Shown one piece after another: positions 47,077 to 56,852 of a stretch of 64,000 nucleotides of DNA. The notes beneath the pieces were generated by a model. The model searched no databases. It was given only the letters and a program-made list of their open reading frames with translations, and was not told the DNA's origin. The stretch's first letter is position 1. Every line of letters begins with the position of its first letter. The position numbers and the translations under genes are program-made. The stretch is from Mycobacteriales bacterium. Lineage in GTDB: Bacteria; Actinomycetota; Actinomycetes; Mycobacteriales; Pseudonocardiaceae. The stretch is from positions 20,276 to 84,275 of the forward strand of contig JBBSQN010000002.1 in the NCBI GenBank assembly GCA_038257875.1, given 5' to 3'.

Positions 47077-48336
47077 TCAGGACGTGTCGCGCCATAACCA
47101 CTCCACCGGCGCAACGGTGAGCCGATCACCGATCCGCTGAGCCTGATCACCGGTGTTGAGCAGCAACCCTTCCACGAACCGCTCACCGAGCCGCTCGCGC
47201 AGGTGCACCAGACCGCGGACCGTCGCGGAGCCGACCTGGCTCCCGGCCTTCACCTCGATCGCGACGACCCGCCCGTCGTTCGCCTCCAGAACCAGAGCGA
47301 CCTCCAGGCCGTCGGCGGTCCGGTAATGGTGCGGGCGAGCCGCGGTCTCCGACCACCCGAGCTGCTTGATCACCTCGGTCACCACGAACGTCTCCAGCAG
47401 GGCTCCGAAGTGCTCCGCACCGACCGGATCGTTCGGTGCCAGCCGACTTGCATCGAGACCCAGCAGATGCGCGGCGAGACCGCTGTCGACGAGGTGGATC
47501 TTCGGTCGCTTCGTCGCCCGCGAGGACGGGTTCGTCGACCAGGCCGGTAGCTCGACGGTCAGGTAGACCAGCTCCAGCAGTCGCAGGTAGGTCGCTGCCT
47601 GGTCGCGGCCCAACCCGACGTCCCGGCCGAGGTCGGCGGCGTTACGTGTCTGCCCGGTGTTCGCCGCCGCCAGCCTCAGGAACCGCCGCAGGGTGTCAGA
47701 GCGGCGGACGGTCGTCACGTCGTCGGAGATCCGCTCGACGACGAGCTCGGCCAGGTTGGCGAACCACCGCGACCGCGCATCGGCGGGCAAGCCGACTGCG
47801 ATCGGATAGCCACCGCGCAGCACGATCTCCACCAGCTCGGCACGGCTTATCGCCGAGGTGCGGCGTCGCGGAACCTCGCCCGCGAACAGCCGGTCGACGA
47901 CCGAAGAAGCGCCGGGCTCCAGCTCCGCCATCGCGAACGGCCACAGCCGGAGCAGCTCCACCCGGCCGGTCAGATAGTCGGCGAGCTCGGGCACGGCGTC
48001 GTGCCGGGCGGATCCGGCCAGCAGGAAGCGGCCAGGTCGCCACTCTCGGTTCAGCTCGGCCTTGATCACACCGAGCAGATCGGGCACCCGCTGGAACTCG
48101 TCGATCACCACCGGCTCGGGGAGGTCGCGGACGAACGCGGCCGGATCGGCGGCGGCCAGTCGCCGCACAGCCGGATCGTCGAGATCGACAAGCGTGCCGC
48201 CGGTCCGGTCGACGACCGTTTGGGTCAGGGTGCTCTTGCCCGCGGTTCGTGCTCCGGTGATCGCGACGACCGGGCTGGTTCGCATCGCTGCATCCAGGCC
48301 AGGAGCAACACGGCGAGCGACCTGACCCGACATCAC
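47077..48336 (-). CDS. AAA-superfamily ATP-binding protein with a DUF4143-type C-terminal domain
   Basis: Walker A ITGARTAGKST, Walker B-like VVIDEFQRVPDL, and the C-terminal region typical of the AAA_14/DUF4143 architecture. Confidence 0.85.
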   Translation of the reverse strand: MMSGQVARRVAPGLDAAMRTSPVVAITGARTAGKSTLTQTVVDRTGGTLVDLDDPAVRRLAAADPAAFVRDLPEPVVIDEFQRVPDLLGVIKAELNREWRPGRFLLAGSARHDAVPELADYLTGRVELLRLWPFAMAELEPGASSVVDRLFAGEVPRRRTSAISRAELVEIVLRGGYPIAVGLPADARSRWFANLAELVVERISDDVTTVRRSDTLRRFLRLAAANTGQTRNAADLGRDVGLGRDQAATYLRLLELVYLTVELPAWSTNPSSRATKRPKIHLVDSGLAAHLLGLDASRLAPNDPVGAEHFGALLETFVVTEVIKQLGWSETAARPHHYRTADGLEVALVLEANDGRVVAIEVKAGSQVGSATVRGLVHLRERLGERFVEGLLLNTGDQAQRIGDRLTVAPVEWLWRDTS

Positions 48337-48476
48337 GAGAGCAGTCTACCCGACAATTCGAGGTATGATGGCCTGACAACCCACGGGCCGAGCATCCGAC
48401 AACAGGACGGGTCGCCTCACTCATCCGAAGACCCAGGTTTGAGATGACTACACGTTCATGAGCACTGCGGTACTTG

Positions 48477-50708
48477 TCAAGGCGAGCCCTTGGACGGCTG
48501 CGGGACCAGCCACAGCACGCCAGCCGGGGGTAGTCGTAGCTTCGCCGACGCCGGGCGGCCGTGCCAGGGTCGGTTCGTGGCCTCGACGGTGCCGAGGTTG
48601 CCTACGTCGGACCCGCCGTAGGCCGCCGCGTCGGTGTTGAGCAGCTCGTGCCAGCGGCCGGCGAACGGCAGGCCTACTCGGTAGTCCTCGTTCGGGGTGC
48701 CGGCGAAGTTGGCGATGCAGGCCAACACCACCGGCTGACCGTCGGCGTCGACGCCGTGGCGCAGGAAGCTCAGCACGTTGCCTGAGGCGTCGTTGGCGTC
48801 GATCCAGGAGAAGCCCTCGGGTGTGGTGTCGTGCGTCCACAGCGCCGGGTGGGACCGGTAGGCGCGGTTGAGGTCGCCGACGAGCGCCTTGATGCCCGCG
48901 TGCAGCGGATCGTCGAGCAGGTGCCAGTCCACCGAACCCGACTCCGACCACTCCCGCTCCTGGCCGAGCTCGCCACCCTGGAACAGCAGCTGCTTGCCCG
49001 GGTGCGCCCACATGAAGGCTAGCAGCGTACGGAGCCCGGCGGCCTTGTTCCAGGCGTCGCCGGGCATCCGCGTCCACAGCGAGCCCTTGCCGTGCACGAC
49101 CTCGTCGTGGGACAGCGGCAGCACGAAGTTCTCGCTGAACGCGTACATCAGCGAGAACGTCAGCTGGTTGTGGTGGTAACCGCGATACAGCGGATCGCGC
49201 CCGACGTACTCGAGCGTGTCGTGCATCCACCCCATGTTCCACTTGAACCCGAAACCCAGCCCGCCGAGATGCGTGGGGCGGGAGACGCCGGGCCACGCCG
49301 TCGACTCCTCGGCGATCGTGATCACGCCGGGGTGGCGCCGGTACACCGTCGCGTTCATCTCCTGCAGGAACGCCACCGCGTCGAGATTTTCCCGGCCGCC
49401 GTGGACGTTGGGTAGCCACTGCCCCTCGGGGCGGGAATAGTCCAGGTAGAGCATGCTCGCCACCGCATCGACCCGCAGGCCGTCGATGTGGAACTCCTCG
49501 AGCCAGTACAGCGCGTTGGCGACGAGGAAGTTGCGTACCTCGGTGCGTCCGAAGTTGAAGATGAACGTGCCCCAGTCGAGCTGCTCGCCGCGGCGCGGGT
49601 CGGCGTGCTCGTAGAGCGGGGTGCCGTCGAAGCGCGCCAGCGCCCACTCGTCACGCGGAAAGTGCGCCGGCACCCAGTCGATGATCACGCCGTAGCCGGC
49701 CTGGTGCAGGTGGTCGACGAAGTAGCGGAAGTCGTCGGGCGCGCCGAACCGTGCGGTGGGGGCGTAGTAGGAGGTGACCTGGTAGCCCCAGGAGCCGCCG
49801 AACGGGTGCTCGGCCACGGGCAGCAGCTCGATGTGGGTGAAGCCCGTCTCGTCCAGGTACTCGACGAGCTGGTGCGCGAGCTCTCGGTAGCTCAGCCCCT
49901 GGCGCCAGGACCCGAGGTGCACCTCGGAGACGCTCATCGGGCCCGCGTGCGCCGGACGCTGCGCCCGCGCCGCCATCCACTCGGCGTCGGCCCATTCGTG
50001 GCTCGAGACGTCGACCACCGACGCCGTCGCCGGCGGGACCTCGGTGGCGAAGGCCATTGGGTCGGCCTTGTCGCGCCAGTGCCCGTCGGCGCCGAGGATG
50101 CGGAACTTGTAGCGGGTGCCCGGCCCGACGCCCGGGACGAACAGCTCCCACACCCCCGTGCTGCCCAGCGCGCGCATCGGGTGCGTCCAGCCCGACCAGC
50201 CGTCGAAGTCGCCGGTGACGCGCACGCCCTGCGCCGTCGGCGCCCACACCGCGAAGCTGGTGCCGGTGACCGGACCGGCGGGTGTGTCGTAGCGGCGAAC
50301 GCGCGCGCCCAGCACGTCCCACAGCCGCTCGTGGCGACCCTCGCCGATCAGGTGTAGGTCCACCTCGCCGAGCGTGGGCAGCCAGCGGTAGGGGTCGTCG
50401 ACGACGTCGACGTGCTCGCCGTAGCGGACGGCCAGCCGGTAGTCCCCGGGCGGTCCGGGCACCACCCCGGAGAACAGGCCGGCGTCGTGCACCTTGACCA
50501 GCGGGTGACCCGTGCTGCTGCCCTCCCGCACGACCTGCACCGCGTCGGCGTGCGGCCGCAGGGCGCGGACGAGGATGCCGTCGGGATGGGCGTGGGCGCC
50601 GAGCACCGCGTGCGGATCGTGGTGTGCACCGGCGAGGATCCGGTCGACGGTGGCCGGGTCCGGGGCGCCGGGGTTGATCGTCGGGGTGGGGTTCTCCTCG
50701 TGATCCAC
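48477..50708 (-). CDS. glgB: 1,4-alpha-glucan branching enzyme
   Basis: 743 aa of GH13 family with conserved regions ([42 protein letters not shown]). Confidence 0.95.
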   Translation of the reverse strand: MDHEENPTPTINPGAPDPATVDRILAGAHHDPHAVLGAHAHPDGILVRALRPHADAVQVVREGSSTGHPLVKVHDAGLFSGVVPGPPGDYRLAVRYGEHVDVVDDPYRWLPTLGEVDLHLIGEGRHERLWDVLGARVRRYDTPAGPVTGTSFAVWAPTAQGVRVTGDFDGWSGWTHPMRALGSTGVWELFVPGVGPGTRYKFRILGADGHWRDKADPMAFATEVPPATASVVDVSSHEWADAEWMAARAQRPAHAGPMSVSEVHLGSWRQGLSYRELAHQLVEYLDETGFTHIELLPVAEHPFGGSWGYQVTSYYAPTARFGAPDDFRYFVDHLHQAGYGVIIDWVPAHFPRDEWALARFDGTPLYEHADPRRGEQLDWGTFIFNFGRTEVRNFLVANALYWLEEFHIDGLRVDAVASMLYLDYSRPEGQWLPNVHGGRENLDAVAFLQEMNATVYRRHPGVITIAEESTAWPGVSRPTHLGGLGFGFKWNMGWMHDTLEYVGRDPLYRGYHHNQLTFSLMYAFSENFVLPLSHDEVVHGKGSLWTRMPGDAWNKAAGLRTLLAFMWAHPGKQLLFQGGELGQEREWSESGSVDWHLLDDPLHAGIKALVGDLNRAYRSHPALWTHDTTPEGFSWIDANDASGNVLSFLRHGVDADGQPVVLACIANFAGTPNEDYRVGLPFAGRWHELLNTDAAAYGGSDVGNLGTVEATNRPWHGRPASAKLRLPPAGVLWLVPQPSKGSP

Positions 50709-50801
50709 TCCGGCACCCTAGTGCGCTGCGCGGCCGGCTGCCGACCCTGACGCCAGGTTCGCCCCACCTGGCGTACGGACCCAGCAGGTGAGCCGCTCCG
50801 G

Positions 50802-51452
50802 TCAGGCTGGGAAGAGGAGGGGGCGCTCCGACTCTTCGGTGTCCGGGACGATCCGGATCCCGCGGGCTAACGTGTCGATGTCGTCGATGCTCTGGATGAG
50901 CCGGGCGAGGTCCGGGCAGGAGGTGAACAGCCAGATGTCGGTGTTGTGCTCGTCCACCCGCCACGCGTAGTTCAGACTCGCGTAGAGCGCTCCCGGCGCT
51001 GGCGGGGCGTCAGGGCCGGGGTCGAACGGGCAGTACCGCAGGGTGCGCAGCCCCTTACCCAGGTGCTCGGTGGTGAAGACCTCGACGATCGGTGCTTCCA
51101 CCGCATCCGGGTCCTCGACTCCGGTCAGCTCGAGCAGTGCCGCGTCCCGCTCGCCCGTGGCGTCCCAGGCGCCCAGGCATACCTGCAGTGGCATCATCCG
51201 CGGATCGGGCAGGTGCAGGAAGAAGTCCTCGGCGGGTAGCTCACCGGACTGCAGTCGCTGCGCGAACATGGCCAACGTGAGCGCCAGGTTGTCCAGCTCG
51301 CCCTCTCCGGGGGTCATCCCGGAGTCGCCCCAGCAGGCCTCGGCGATGTCCCGCGCCCAGACCTGGTGGTCGGGCCAGGTGTCTTCGCACCAGATCCTGG
51401 GCAGCTCGATCCACACCGCCGGGTCGTAGTCGGTCTCGGGCCAACCGCTCAC
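50802..51452 (-). CDS. Hypothetical protein, 'Q' family copy 1
   Basis: 216 aa. The start overlaps the stop of P copy 1 (4-nt overlap at 51449-51452). It loosely resembles 53832..54443 and 61989..62564. Confidence 0.6.
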   Translation of the reverse strand: MSGWPETDYDPAVWIELPRIWCEDTWPDHQVWARDIAEACWGDSGMTPGEGELDNLALTLAMFAQRLQSGELPAEDFFLHLPDPRMMPLQVCLGAWDATGERDAALLELTGVEDPDAVEAPIVEVFTTEHLGKGLRTLRYCPFDPGPDAPPAPGALYASLNYAWRVDEHNTDIWLFTSCPDLARLIQSIDDIDTLARGIRIVPDTEESERPLLFPA

Positions 51453-52078
51453 GGCCGCCTCCAGCGGAACGTCGTCATGATCGCGTCGAAGAGCTCGACC
51501 AGCAGCTGCGCGAACTCGTCGGTCGGGTCACCCGACCCCAGCGTGCTGAACGAGACGATGACCCACCGGTCCGGATCTTCCGGAACCGGCAGCACGTAGT
51601 CGACCCGTCGGGATCCGTGCTCGACGCCCTGCTCGGCGTCCGCCGCCGCGACGTGCTCGGTCCTGGTCCCGGCCGTCCCGGCGAGCTCGACCGTGCTGGT
51701 GTGGTCGCTGTCGGCGACCAGCCGGGCGACCAGCATCGCCGGGTCCATCGGCTCTGCCGACACCAGCGACATTTCCGCGACCACGAACGACGCGGCGGCG
51801 GTGACCTCGCCCATCTGTCCCGTCGGCAGGTACAGGTCCAGCCCGCAGCTCTCCCGGGCGCGCCCGGCCAGGTCCCGCAACCGCAGCTGGAGCTCGTGGC
51901 GCAGCGAGGCCACCCGGTCGCGGGGCAGCCCGGCGAAGGCCCGGTCGAGGATCCTGCCGATCGCTTGCTCGGTGCCACGGCGCAGCGGGATCCGCGACCA
52001 CCCCGGGGGCAGCACCATCGTGTACCCGGACGGGGCGGGCGCCGCGTCGTGAACCGGCGACGGGTCAGGAGCGGCCAT
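51449..52078 (-). CDS. Hypothetical protein, 'P' family copy 1
   Basis: 209 aa. It shares LPPGW..IPL, LPRDRVA.LR.EL and the C-terminal LFDAI....RW motif with 62561..63181, and more distantly with 52722..53372. Confidence 0.6.
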   Translation of the reverse strand: MAAPDPSPVHDAAPAPSGYTMVLPPGWSRIPLRRGTEQAIGRILDRAFAGLPRDRVASLRHELQLRLRDLAGRARESCGLDLYLPTGQMGEVTAAASFVVAEMSLVSAEPMDPAMLVARLVADSDHTSTVELAGTAGTRTEHVAAADAEQGVEHGSRRVDYVLPVPEDPDRWVIVSFSTLGSGDPTDEFAQLLVELFDAIMTTFRWRRP

Positions 52079-52087
52079 CAGCGCGGC

Positions 52088-52545
52088 TCACCGTTCCCGC
52101 CACACGTACAGCAGGATCAACGTCGCCACTCCGGTGATCAGCGCAGCGGCCAGCCCGATGCGGAACCCGCCGATCAGCCCTATCCCACCGTTGAGGATGG
52201 ACAACCCACCAGCCGCGACGATGGACTCCCGCAGCCAGAACACCCGGCGGCGCGCGGGCCGGCGGCACACGATCACCGCCACCAGGCTGGCGACCCCGAG
52301 CAGTGCGAAGATCTCCAGCGACAGGATGCGGACGGATGGGGACTCGATCACCGGACCGACGTCGGGATCGGTGAGGATACCGAGGGCGGCGAACACGACC
52401 ACGGTGATGATCGCGACCACGCGCAGGGCCAGCAAGGTACGCTCGCCGCTCGCCGGTCCGCGGCCTCCTGGCGGGCCTGTTCCGGGGTCGGAGGTCGGTC
52501 GTCGCGCACCGTCGCGTTCGGATCCTCGCCACGTTCGCTCACCAC
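52088..52545 (-). CDS. Small membrane protein (3-4 TM helices), apparent 1-nt frame break near the 5' end
   Basis: TM part in the frame of ORF 52088..52588 with very high GC3. An N-terminal polar part (VVSERGEDPNATVRDDRPPTPEQARQEAADRRA) is in the frame of ORF 52348..52545, with higher GC3 than the listed frame and GGAGGTGG upstream of GTG 52545. The frames meet at GCGAGCGGCGAGCG, about 52450. Confidence 0.45.
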
Positions 52546-52721
52546 GTGGAGCCCACCTCCGTCCTGAAGTGGCCCTTCGCGTCGCCATAGCTCTGAACTC
52601 CGCCTACCTCCAGCAATCCGGGCAGTGGTGATCGCTGGCGACTGAGAACAGTGTCTGCGTCAGCTGCGCGGTTCGGCGAACTGACCCGATCAGGTCCGTT
52701 CTTCGTCGGTCCGCGGGTCCG

Positions 52722-53372
52722 TCATGTCGGTTCGTTGGCGCTGACCCAGCGCAGCGCCCCGGAGATGGCGTCGAACAGCTCCAGCAGCGGCTGGCGCAAG
52801 AGCACCATGGGGGTGCCGAAGGCGAGCTGCACCAGCCCCCCGCCATCGGGACGTTCGAGCCAGTAGTCCGCGATCAGCGATGGCATGGGCTCAGCGCCTT
52901 GCAGCTCGGCGGGCTGCTCATGCACCCGGCGCAGTACCGTGCCGGCTGGCATCTGCCCGAGATCGAGCACGAACCCCGGCGGTGTCGCCACTCCCGGCGT
53001 GGGCCGGAGCTCATCCTGGAGGCCCAGCAGGAGCGACCCGTCGCCCGGCGTGCTGTCGGGACGGGCAGCGATGTCGATCCAGTGCACCACCAGCGACGCC
53101 GGCACCGGGATACCGCCGACCTGCTGCAGGCTCAATGCCATCAACCGTGCGTCGGACGCCGCCGCCGTCCCGGCCTGGGCCAGTAGCTGTTTGCGAGTAT
53201 CTACACGCAGCAGTGGTTGGTCGTCGACCCCGGCGAACTGCCGCTCGACCAGTCGCTCCACCGACCGTTCCCGGGCCTCGGGCGGCTGCAGCGGGATCGC
53301 CCACCAGTGGTCGGGCAGCACCACCCGGACATCGACGACGGTGACCACGCTCGGCTCAACCACCGCTGCCAC
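52722..53372 (-). CDS. Hypothetical protein, 'P' family copy 2 (divergent)
   Basis: 216 aa with LPDHWWAIPL near the N-terminus and LLELFDAISGALRW at the C-terminus. Confidence 0.6.
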   Translation of the reverse strand: MAAVVEPSVVTVVDVRVVLPDHWWAIPLQPPEARERSVERLVERQFAGVDDQPLLRVDTRKQLLAQAGTAAASDARLMALSLQQVGGIPVPASLVVHWIDIAARPDSTPGDGSLLLGLQDELRPTPGVATPPGFVLDLGQMPAGTVLRRVHEQPAELQGAEPMPSLIADYWLERPDGGGLVQLAFGTPMVLLRQPLLELFDAISGALRWVSANEPT

Positions 53373-53832
53373 CCCGCTGCCTCCGCGACGCGGCCCGCCG
53401 GAGCACCAGTTGGCTGTCGATGACAGCTCCGAGACCCAGCGCCACGGAGATCGAGCCGAGTACGTACGGCCAGGCTGACGTTCCGTCCCATTTGATGATC
53501 AGCGCCGTGAACCCCACGACGGGAAGGACTCCCACATAGCTCAGGAGCCAGTTGTCGAGCGCCGGCACGTAGGGTCCCTCGCCACGACGGAACAGCTCGA
53601 CCCGGGGCAGCCAGTAGCCGGTGAGGACACCGACGATCGCGAGGGCGAACAGGGCGGTCAGCCAGCCGAGCGCCACCAGGGACCAGTAGTCGGGCAGCGA
53701 CCCGCTGATGTTCGACGACACCACCGCGACGAGGAAGAGGACCACCCCGACGAGGAGCAACAGCGGAATGCCGGGAATGCTGGCCAAGGACCCTGTCCCG
53801 GCGATACGAGCGATCAGCTGCCGGTCTGTCAT
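53356..53832 (-). CDS. Integral membrane protein (158 aa, 4 TM helices)
   Basis: ATG 53832 overlaps the stop of the upstream gene (ATGA). The sequence is strongly hydrophobic. The upstream part of ORF 53356..54237 is a shadow frame. Confidence 0.55.
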   Translation of the reverse strand: MTDRQLIARIAGTGSLASIPGIPLLLLVGVVLFLVAVVSSNISGSLPDYWSLVALGWLTALFALAIVGVLTGYWLPRVELFRRGEGPYVPALDNWLLSYVGVLPVVGFTALIIKWDGTSAWPYVLGSISVALGLGAVIDSQLVLRRAASRRQRGGSGG

Positions 53833-54443
53833 CAGCCGAACGCTCCTTCCAGGGTGACGCGCAGGGTGTCGAGCACAGCCGCCGCGTCGACTGCGAGCTC
53901 GTCGCCGCGATCGATGGCGAAGGTAAGGAACGTCAGTTCCAGCGCGTCGGAACAACTGGGCGGGAAAACAGTGTAGATCACGTTCTCCTGCAGCGTCTTG
54001 CGCCATGAGTACCAGCGGGAGTCCGGACGGGCGATGATCTCTCGCACCATCAGGGCCGGACCCGCGGGCACCTCGATCTCGTCGACATGGCGACCGAAGA
54101 CCTGATGCCCGGTGCGCCGGTCCGGGTCGATCAACCCACGGTAGGACGCCCGGTCCAGTGGGCGGCCGTCGTCCGGCATCACCCAGTCGACCGTCATCAG
54201 CCCGGCCACCTCGGGTATCGCACGGTCGGGAACCCACACCGCGAGTAGCAGGTGTGGATCGGCGATCAGCTCGGGATGGATGCGCTCCAGCCGGGCGGCC
54301 AGTGCGTCCTGCGGCTCCTGGCCGTCACACAGCAGCATCGCAGTGTCCTGGGCCCATCCCGGATCGCCCTCGCTCACCGGGATCAACCCCCAGGTGTCGG
54401 GAGCAGACAGCTCGTAGGAGCCCAGGGGGCGCAGGTTGCTCAC
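53832..54443 (-). CDS. Hypothetical cytoplasmic protein, 'Q'-like (candidate immunity/accessory protein)
   Basis: 203 aa. The GTG start overlaps the stop of the effector gene (GTGA at 54440-54443). Confidence 0.6.
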   Translation of the reverse strand: MSNLRPLGSYELSAPDTWGLIPVSEGDPGWAQDTAMLLCDGQEPQDALAARLERIHPELIADPHLLLAVWVPDRAIPEVAGLMTVDWVMPDDGRPLDRASYRGLIDPDRRTGHQVFGRHVDEIEVPAGPALMVREIIARPDSRWYSWRKTLQENVIYTVFPPSCSDALELTFLTFAIDRGDELAVDAAAVLDTLRVTLEGAFG

Positions 54444-55915
54444 CGTGGGGCTCCTGCACCAGCCATATCGGTCTGGCGGTCGGCAGGGGGAAGGCTGAGC
54501 GCATCGGCTGGCGAGGGTGAAGGCACCAGGCCAGCGCCTGTTGTCGTCGTGACAAGAGTCGCGGACGCGGTCGATCCGTAGAACAGATGGCTCTGCCGAA
54601 CAGCATCCGACAAGTGGGGGGCGACCTCGTCGCTGGCCCGGACGACATCGTGAACCCTGCTGATGTCCTGCACGCCGCTGGCCGCGTCATGCTGTCCGAG
54701 GGCCTGCATCGTGCTGGGCCGCCCACCGTGTCGGGCCTGGCTCAGGGCCTCGCCCCAGTCTGCATTGCGCAGAGCGCGGACGTTGCTGCCGAACTCGCCG
54801 GGTAGAGCTCGCAGGTCACGCCCGATATTGCCAGTCGACGGGAGGAGACCGTGTGCCCGAGACTGCTGGGCGGCGGTACGGGCCGCTCTCCTGGTCATCG
54901 GGTTCGCCGTACCCAGCATCGACCGGATAGCCGTCATCGAGTTGCCCGAGGACGGTAGCCCGGCGGCGGCCCGGGCCGCCGGGGACTGGGCGGCCAGCCG
55001 TCCAGCGGCCAGCCGGGAGGCACCGCGCGCCCCTTGTACCGACACCTTGAGTCCGGCCATCGCGGCCCGGCCGATGCCGAAGCTCAGCACCCCGATGGCC
55101 GACCACGCGACGGCCGACCACTCGGCCTGGCCGGTGGCGGCCAAGGCGACGTTGCCCAGCAACGACACCAGCGAGGCGACCAGCGCTATCGTGCCGAGGA
55201 CGGCGGCCAGCGCTTGACCGATGATCGGGATCCAGCCGACGAGAAGCGCCAGCACACCGGCGACCACCGCCACCACGTCCGCGATCTTGACAATCCACTT
55301 GACGACCTTGGCGCCCCAGTTGTCCCACCAGCTGTCATTGAGGTCCCCGGAGTCCTTGACCTCGTGGATCAGGCTCGACGCGCGTTGTGCGGCGGTGTCT
55401 CGGGCGTCGGTTGCCTGATCCAGGCGTCGTTGAGCCGCTGCGCGGGCGTCGGTAGCAGCGTCGGCAGCAGCGAGTGCCCGCCGGTGGGAGCCCTGGTCGG
55501 TGGTGGTGTCGGTACCGTCGGGCGCGGCGTCTATTCGCCCCTGGGCTGCGCTGGCGAGCCGGTTGGCGGTGAGCTCGTCGGCCTCGGCTTGTTTGGCCTG
55601 CACCAGCGCGGCGGCCGACTCCGACTGCGCGTCGCGGAGCTCTGGTGCGTAGCCGATGAGCGCCTGCCCGACACCGTCGTAGCGTTCGTGCGCTCGGGTG
55701 ATGTCGTCGGCAACCTCACGTGCGGTGGCGCGGAACGCCTCCACCGCGTCACTCTGCATGTCCTGGTGGTCGGCGATGCGGCGCAGCTTCGCCGCGGCGT
55801 CATTGATCGCCTGTGCGACTCGCCGGTAGTGCCTGCCCAGCTGCTCGACCCGATCCGGGTCTCCCGGTACCGGGTCACTACCCGCCAGCGGCGACCAGTC
55901 GACCGGGCGGCTCAC
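54440..55915 (-). CDS. Putative type VII secretion substrate: N-terminal helical (LXG/WXG-like) domain, central multi-TM block, polar C-terminal domain
   Basis: 491 aa. The N-terminus W.PLAGSDPVPGDPDRVEQLGRHYRRVAQAI is followed by about 190 aa of helical A/D/Q/R-rich sequence, then 4-5 TM helices (VKWIVKIADVVAVVAGVLALLVGWIPIIGQALAAVLGTIALVASLVSLLGNVALAA...). It sits directly after WXG100-type genes and opposite EccC. Confidence 0.6.
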   Translation of the reverse strand: MSRPVDWSPLAGSDPVPGDPDRVEQLGRHYRRVAQAINDAAAKLRRIADHQDMQSDAVEAFRATAREVADDITRAHERYDGVGQALIGYAPELRDAQSESAAALVQAKQAEADELTANRLASAAQGRIDAAPDGTDTTTDQGSHRRALAAADAATDARAAAQRRLDQATDARDTAAQRASSLIHEVKDSGDLNDSWWDNWGAKVVKWIVKIADVVAVVAGVLALLVGWIPIIGQALAAVLGTIALVASLVSLLGNVALAATGQAEWSAVAWSAIGVLSFGIGRAAMAGLKVSVQGARGASRLAAGRLAAQSPAARAAAGLPSSGNSMTAIRSMLGTANPMTRRAARTAAQQSRAHGLLPSTGNIGRDLRALPGEFGSNVRALRNADWGEALSQARHGGRPSTMQALGQHDAASGVQDISRVHDVVRASDEVAPHLSDAVRQSHLFYGSTASATLVTTTTGAGLVPSPSPADALSLPPADRQTDMAGAGAPR

Positions 55916-56202
55916 TGCTGCCCCCGCAACGCGGCGGCGAACTCCTCGTCCAGGCTCTCGAAGGCCTCCGCGACACCGGTTGCCGTGTCGGCGAGCTTCG
56001 CGATGTTCTCCAGCATCTTCGTCCGCCGGTCGTCCCAGTTGTGGGCGAAGGAACGTATCGCGCCGGCAAGACCGGAGTGTCCGAGCGCGTCGGCCGCGTC
56101 GTCACTGTTCGTGTTCGCGTGTTCGAACTCGGTCGCGACGACGCGCAGCTGCATACCGGCCTCCCGCAGCAACAGCGTGTCGACCCGCAGCTGTGCAACC
56201 AT
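55912..56202 (-). CDS. Small helical protein, probable secretion partner/chaperone of the downstream effector
   Basis: 96 aa, predicted all-helical with a WXG100-like size. The stop overlaps the effector start (4 nt). Confidence 0.55.
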   Translation of the reverse strand: MVAQLRVDTLLLREAGMQLRVVATEFEHANTNSDDAADALGHSGLAGAIRSFAHNWDDRRTKMLENIAKLADTATGVAEAFESLDEEFAAALRGQQ

Positions 56203-56346
56203 AATGGGTCCCCTATGGCGTCAACTGATTACTGACCTGGGCGTGGACAGCTTTCCTCGCCCTCATGCAAACGAGCAGCGACCCGCCGATCCGCGAAAGG
56301 AAATGAACCCGCGGTCGCTGATCGTTCGATGACGTCCTGTCGACCG

Positions 56347-56643
56347 TTACCGGTTGAGCTGCTGCGAGAGCTGCTGGTCTGTCTGCTGGAAGGCGTCCGC
56401 GGCGGCGTTGAGGTACTGGTTCATGCCCTCCAGGCCCTCGATCGTCTTGCGGGCGCCCGTATTGAACTCGTCGTAGGACGTCTGGAACTGCTTGCTCGAC
56501 ACGTCGGTGACATACCCCCCGGAGACGAGCTGGTCCACCTGGCTCTTGAGCTGCGTCAGGCGAGACTCGATGTCGTTCTGACCGGCCTGCAGCTGCCTCC
56601 CGGCGTTCCGCATCTCCTCATAGGTCACGTTCACGTTCGGCAT
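56347..56643 (-). CDS. WXG100-family (EsxA/YukE-like) protein with a degenerate WXG turn
   Basis: 98 aa from ATG 56643, with RBS GGAGAGGAAA. Colinear with YukE/EsxA-type proteins (V.VTYEEMRNAG..L......I...L..L...V..L...GY....S..F...YDEF...........L......L..AA.AF..TDQQL). The turn reads SGGY instead of WxG. Confidence 0.8.
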   Translation of the reverse strand: MPNVNVTYEEMRNAGRQLQAGQNDIESRLTQLKSQVDQLVSGGYVTDVSSKQFQTSYDEFNTGARKTIEGLEGMNQYLNAAADAFQQTDQQLSQQLNR

Positions 56644-56852
56644 GGTGGCGTTTCCTCTCCCCGGGACAACATGGAACGGTTGGCCTACCGTGAATGCTGT
56701 CCGATCCAGATCCGCAGCAGACCGCCGCAACGTAGCATACCCGGCTGTTTCACCTCGTCGCCGACCTGCGGGGTCATCCGGCGCCGGTGCTAACCTGGGT
56801 GGGCGGCGTGAGCACCCCGCATGTTACGGGCCGTGGCAGGAAGGGGGAGCGG

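Noticed and set aside
48448-50964. Alternative-frame ORFs (399 aa and 437 aa, minus strand) overlapping glgB
   Set aside because: They lie on the same strand as glgB but out of frame. They are R/P/G-rich, and glgB motifs are unambiguous in the 48477..50708 frame.
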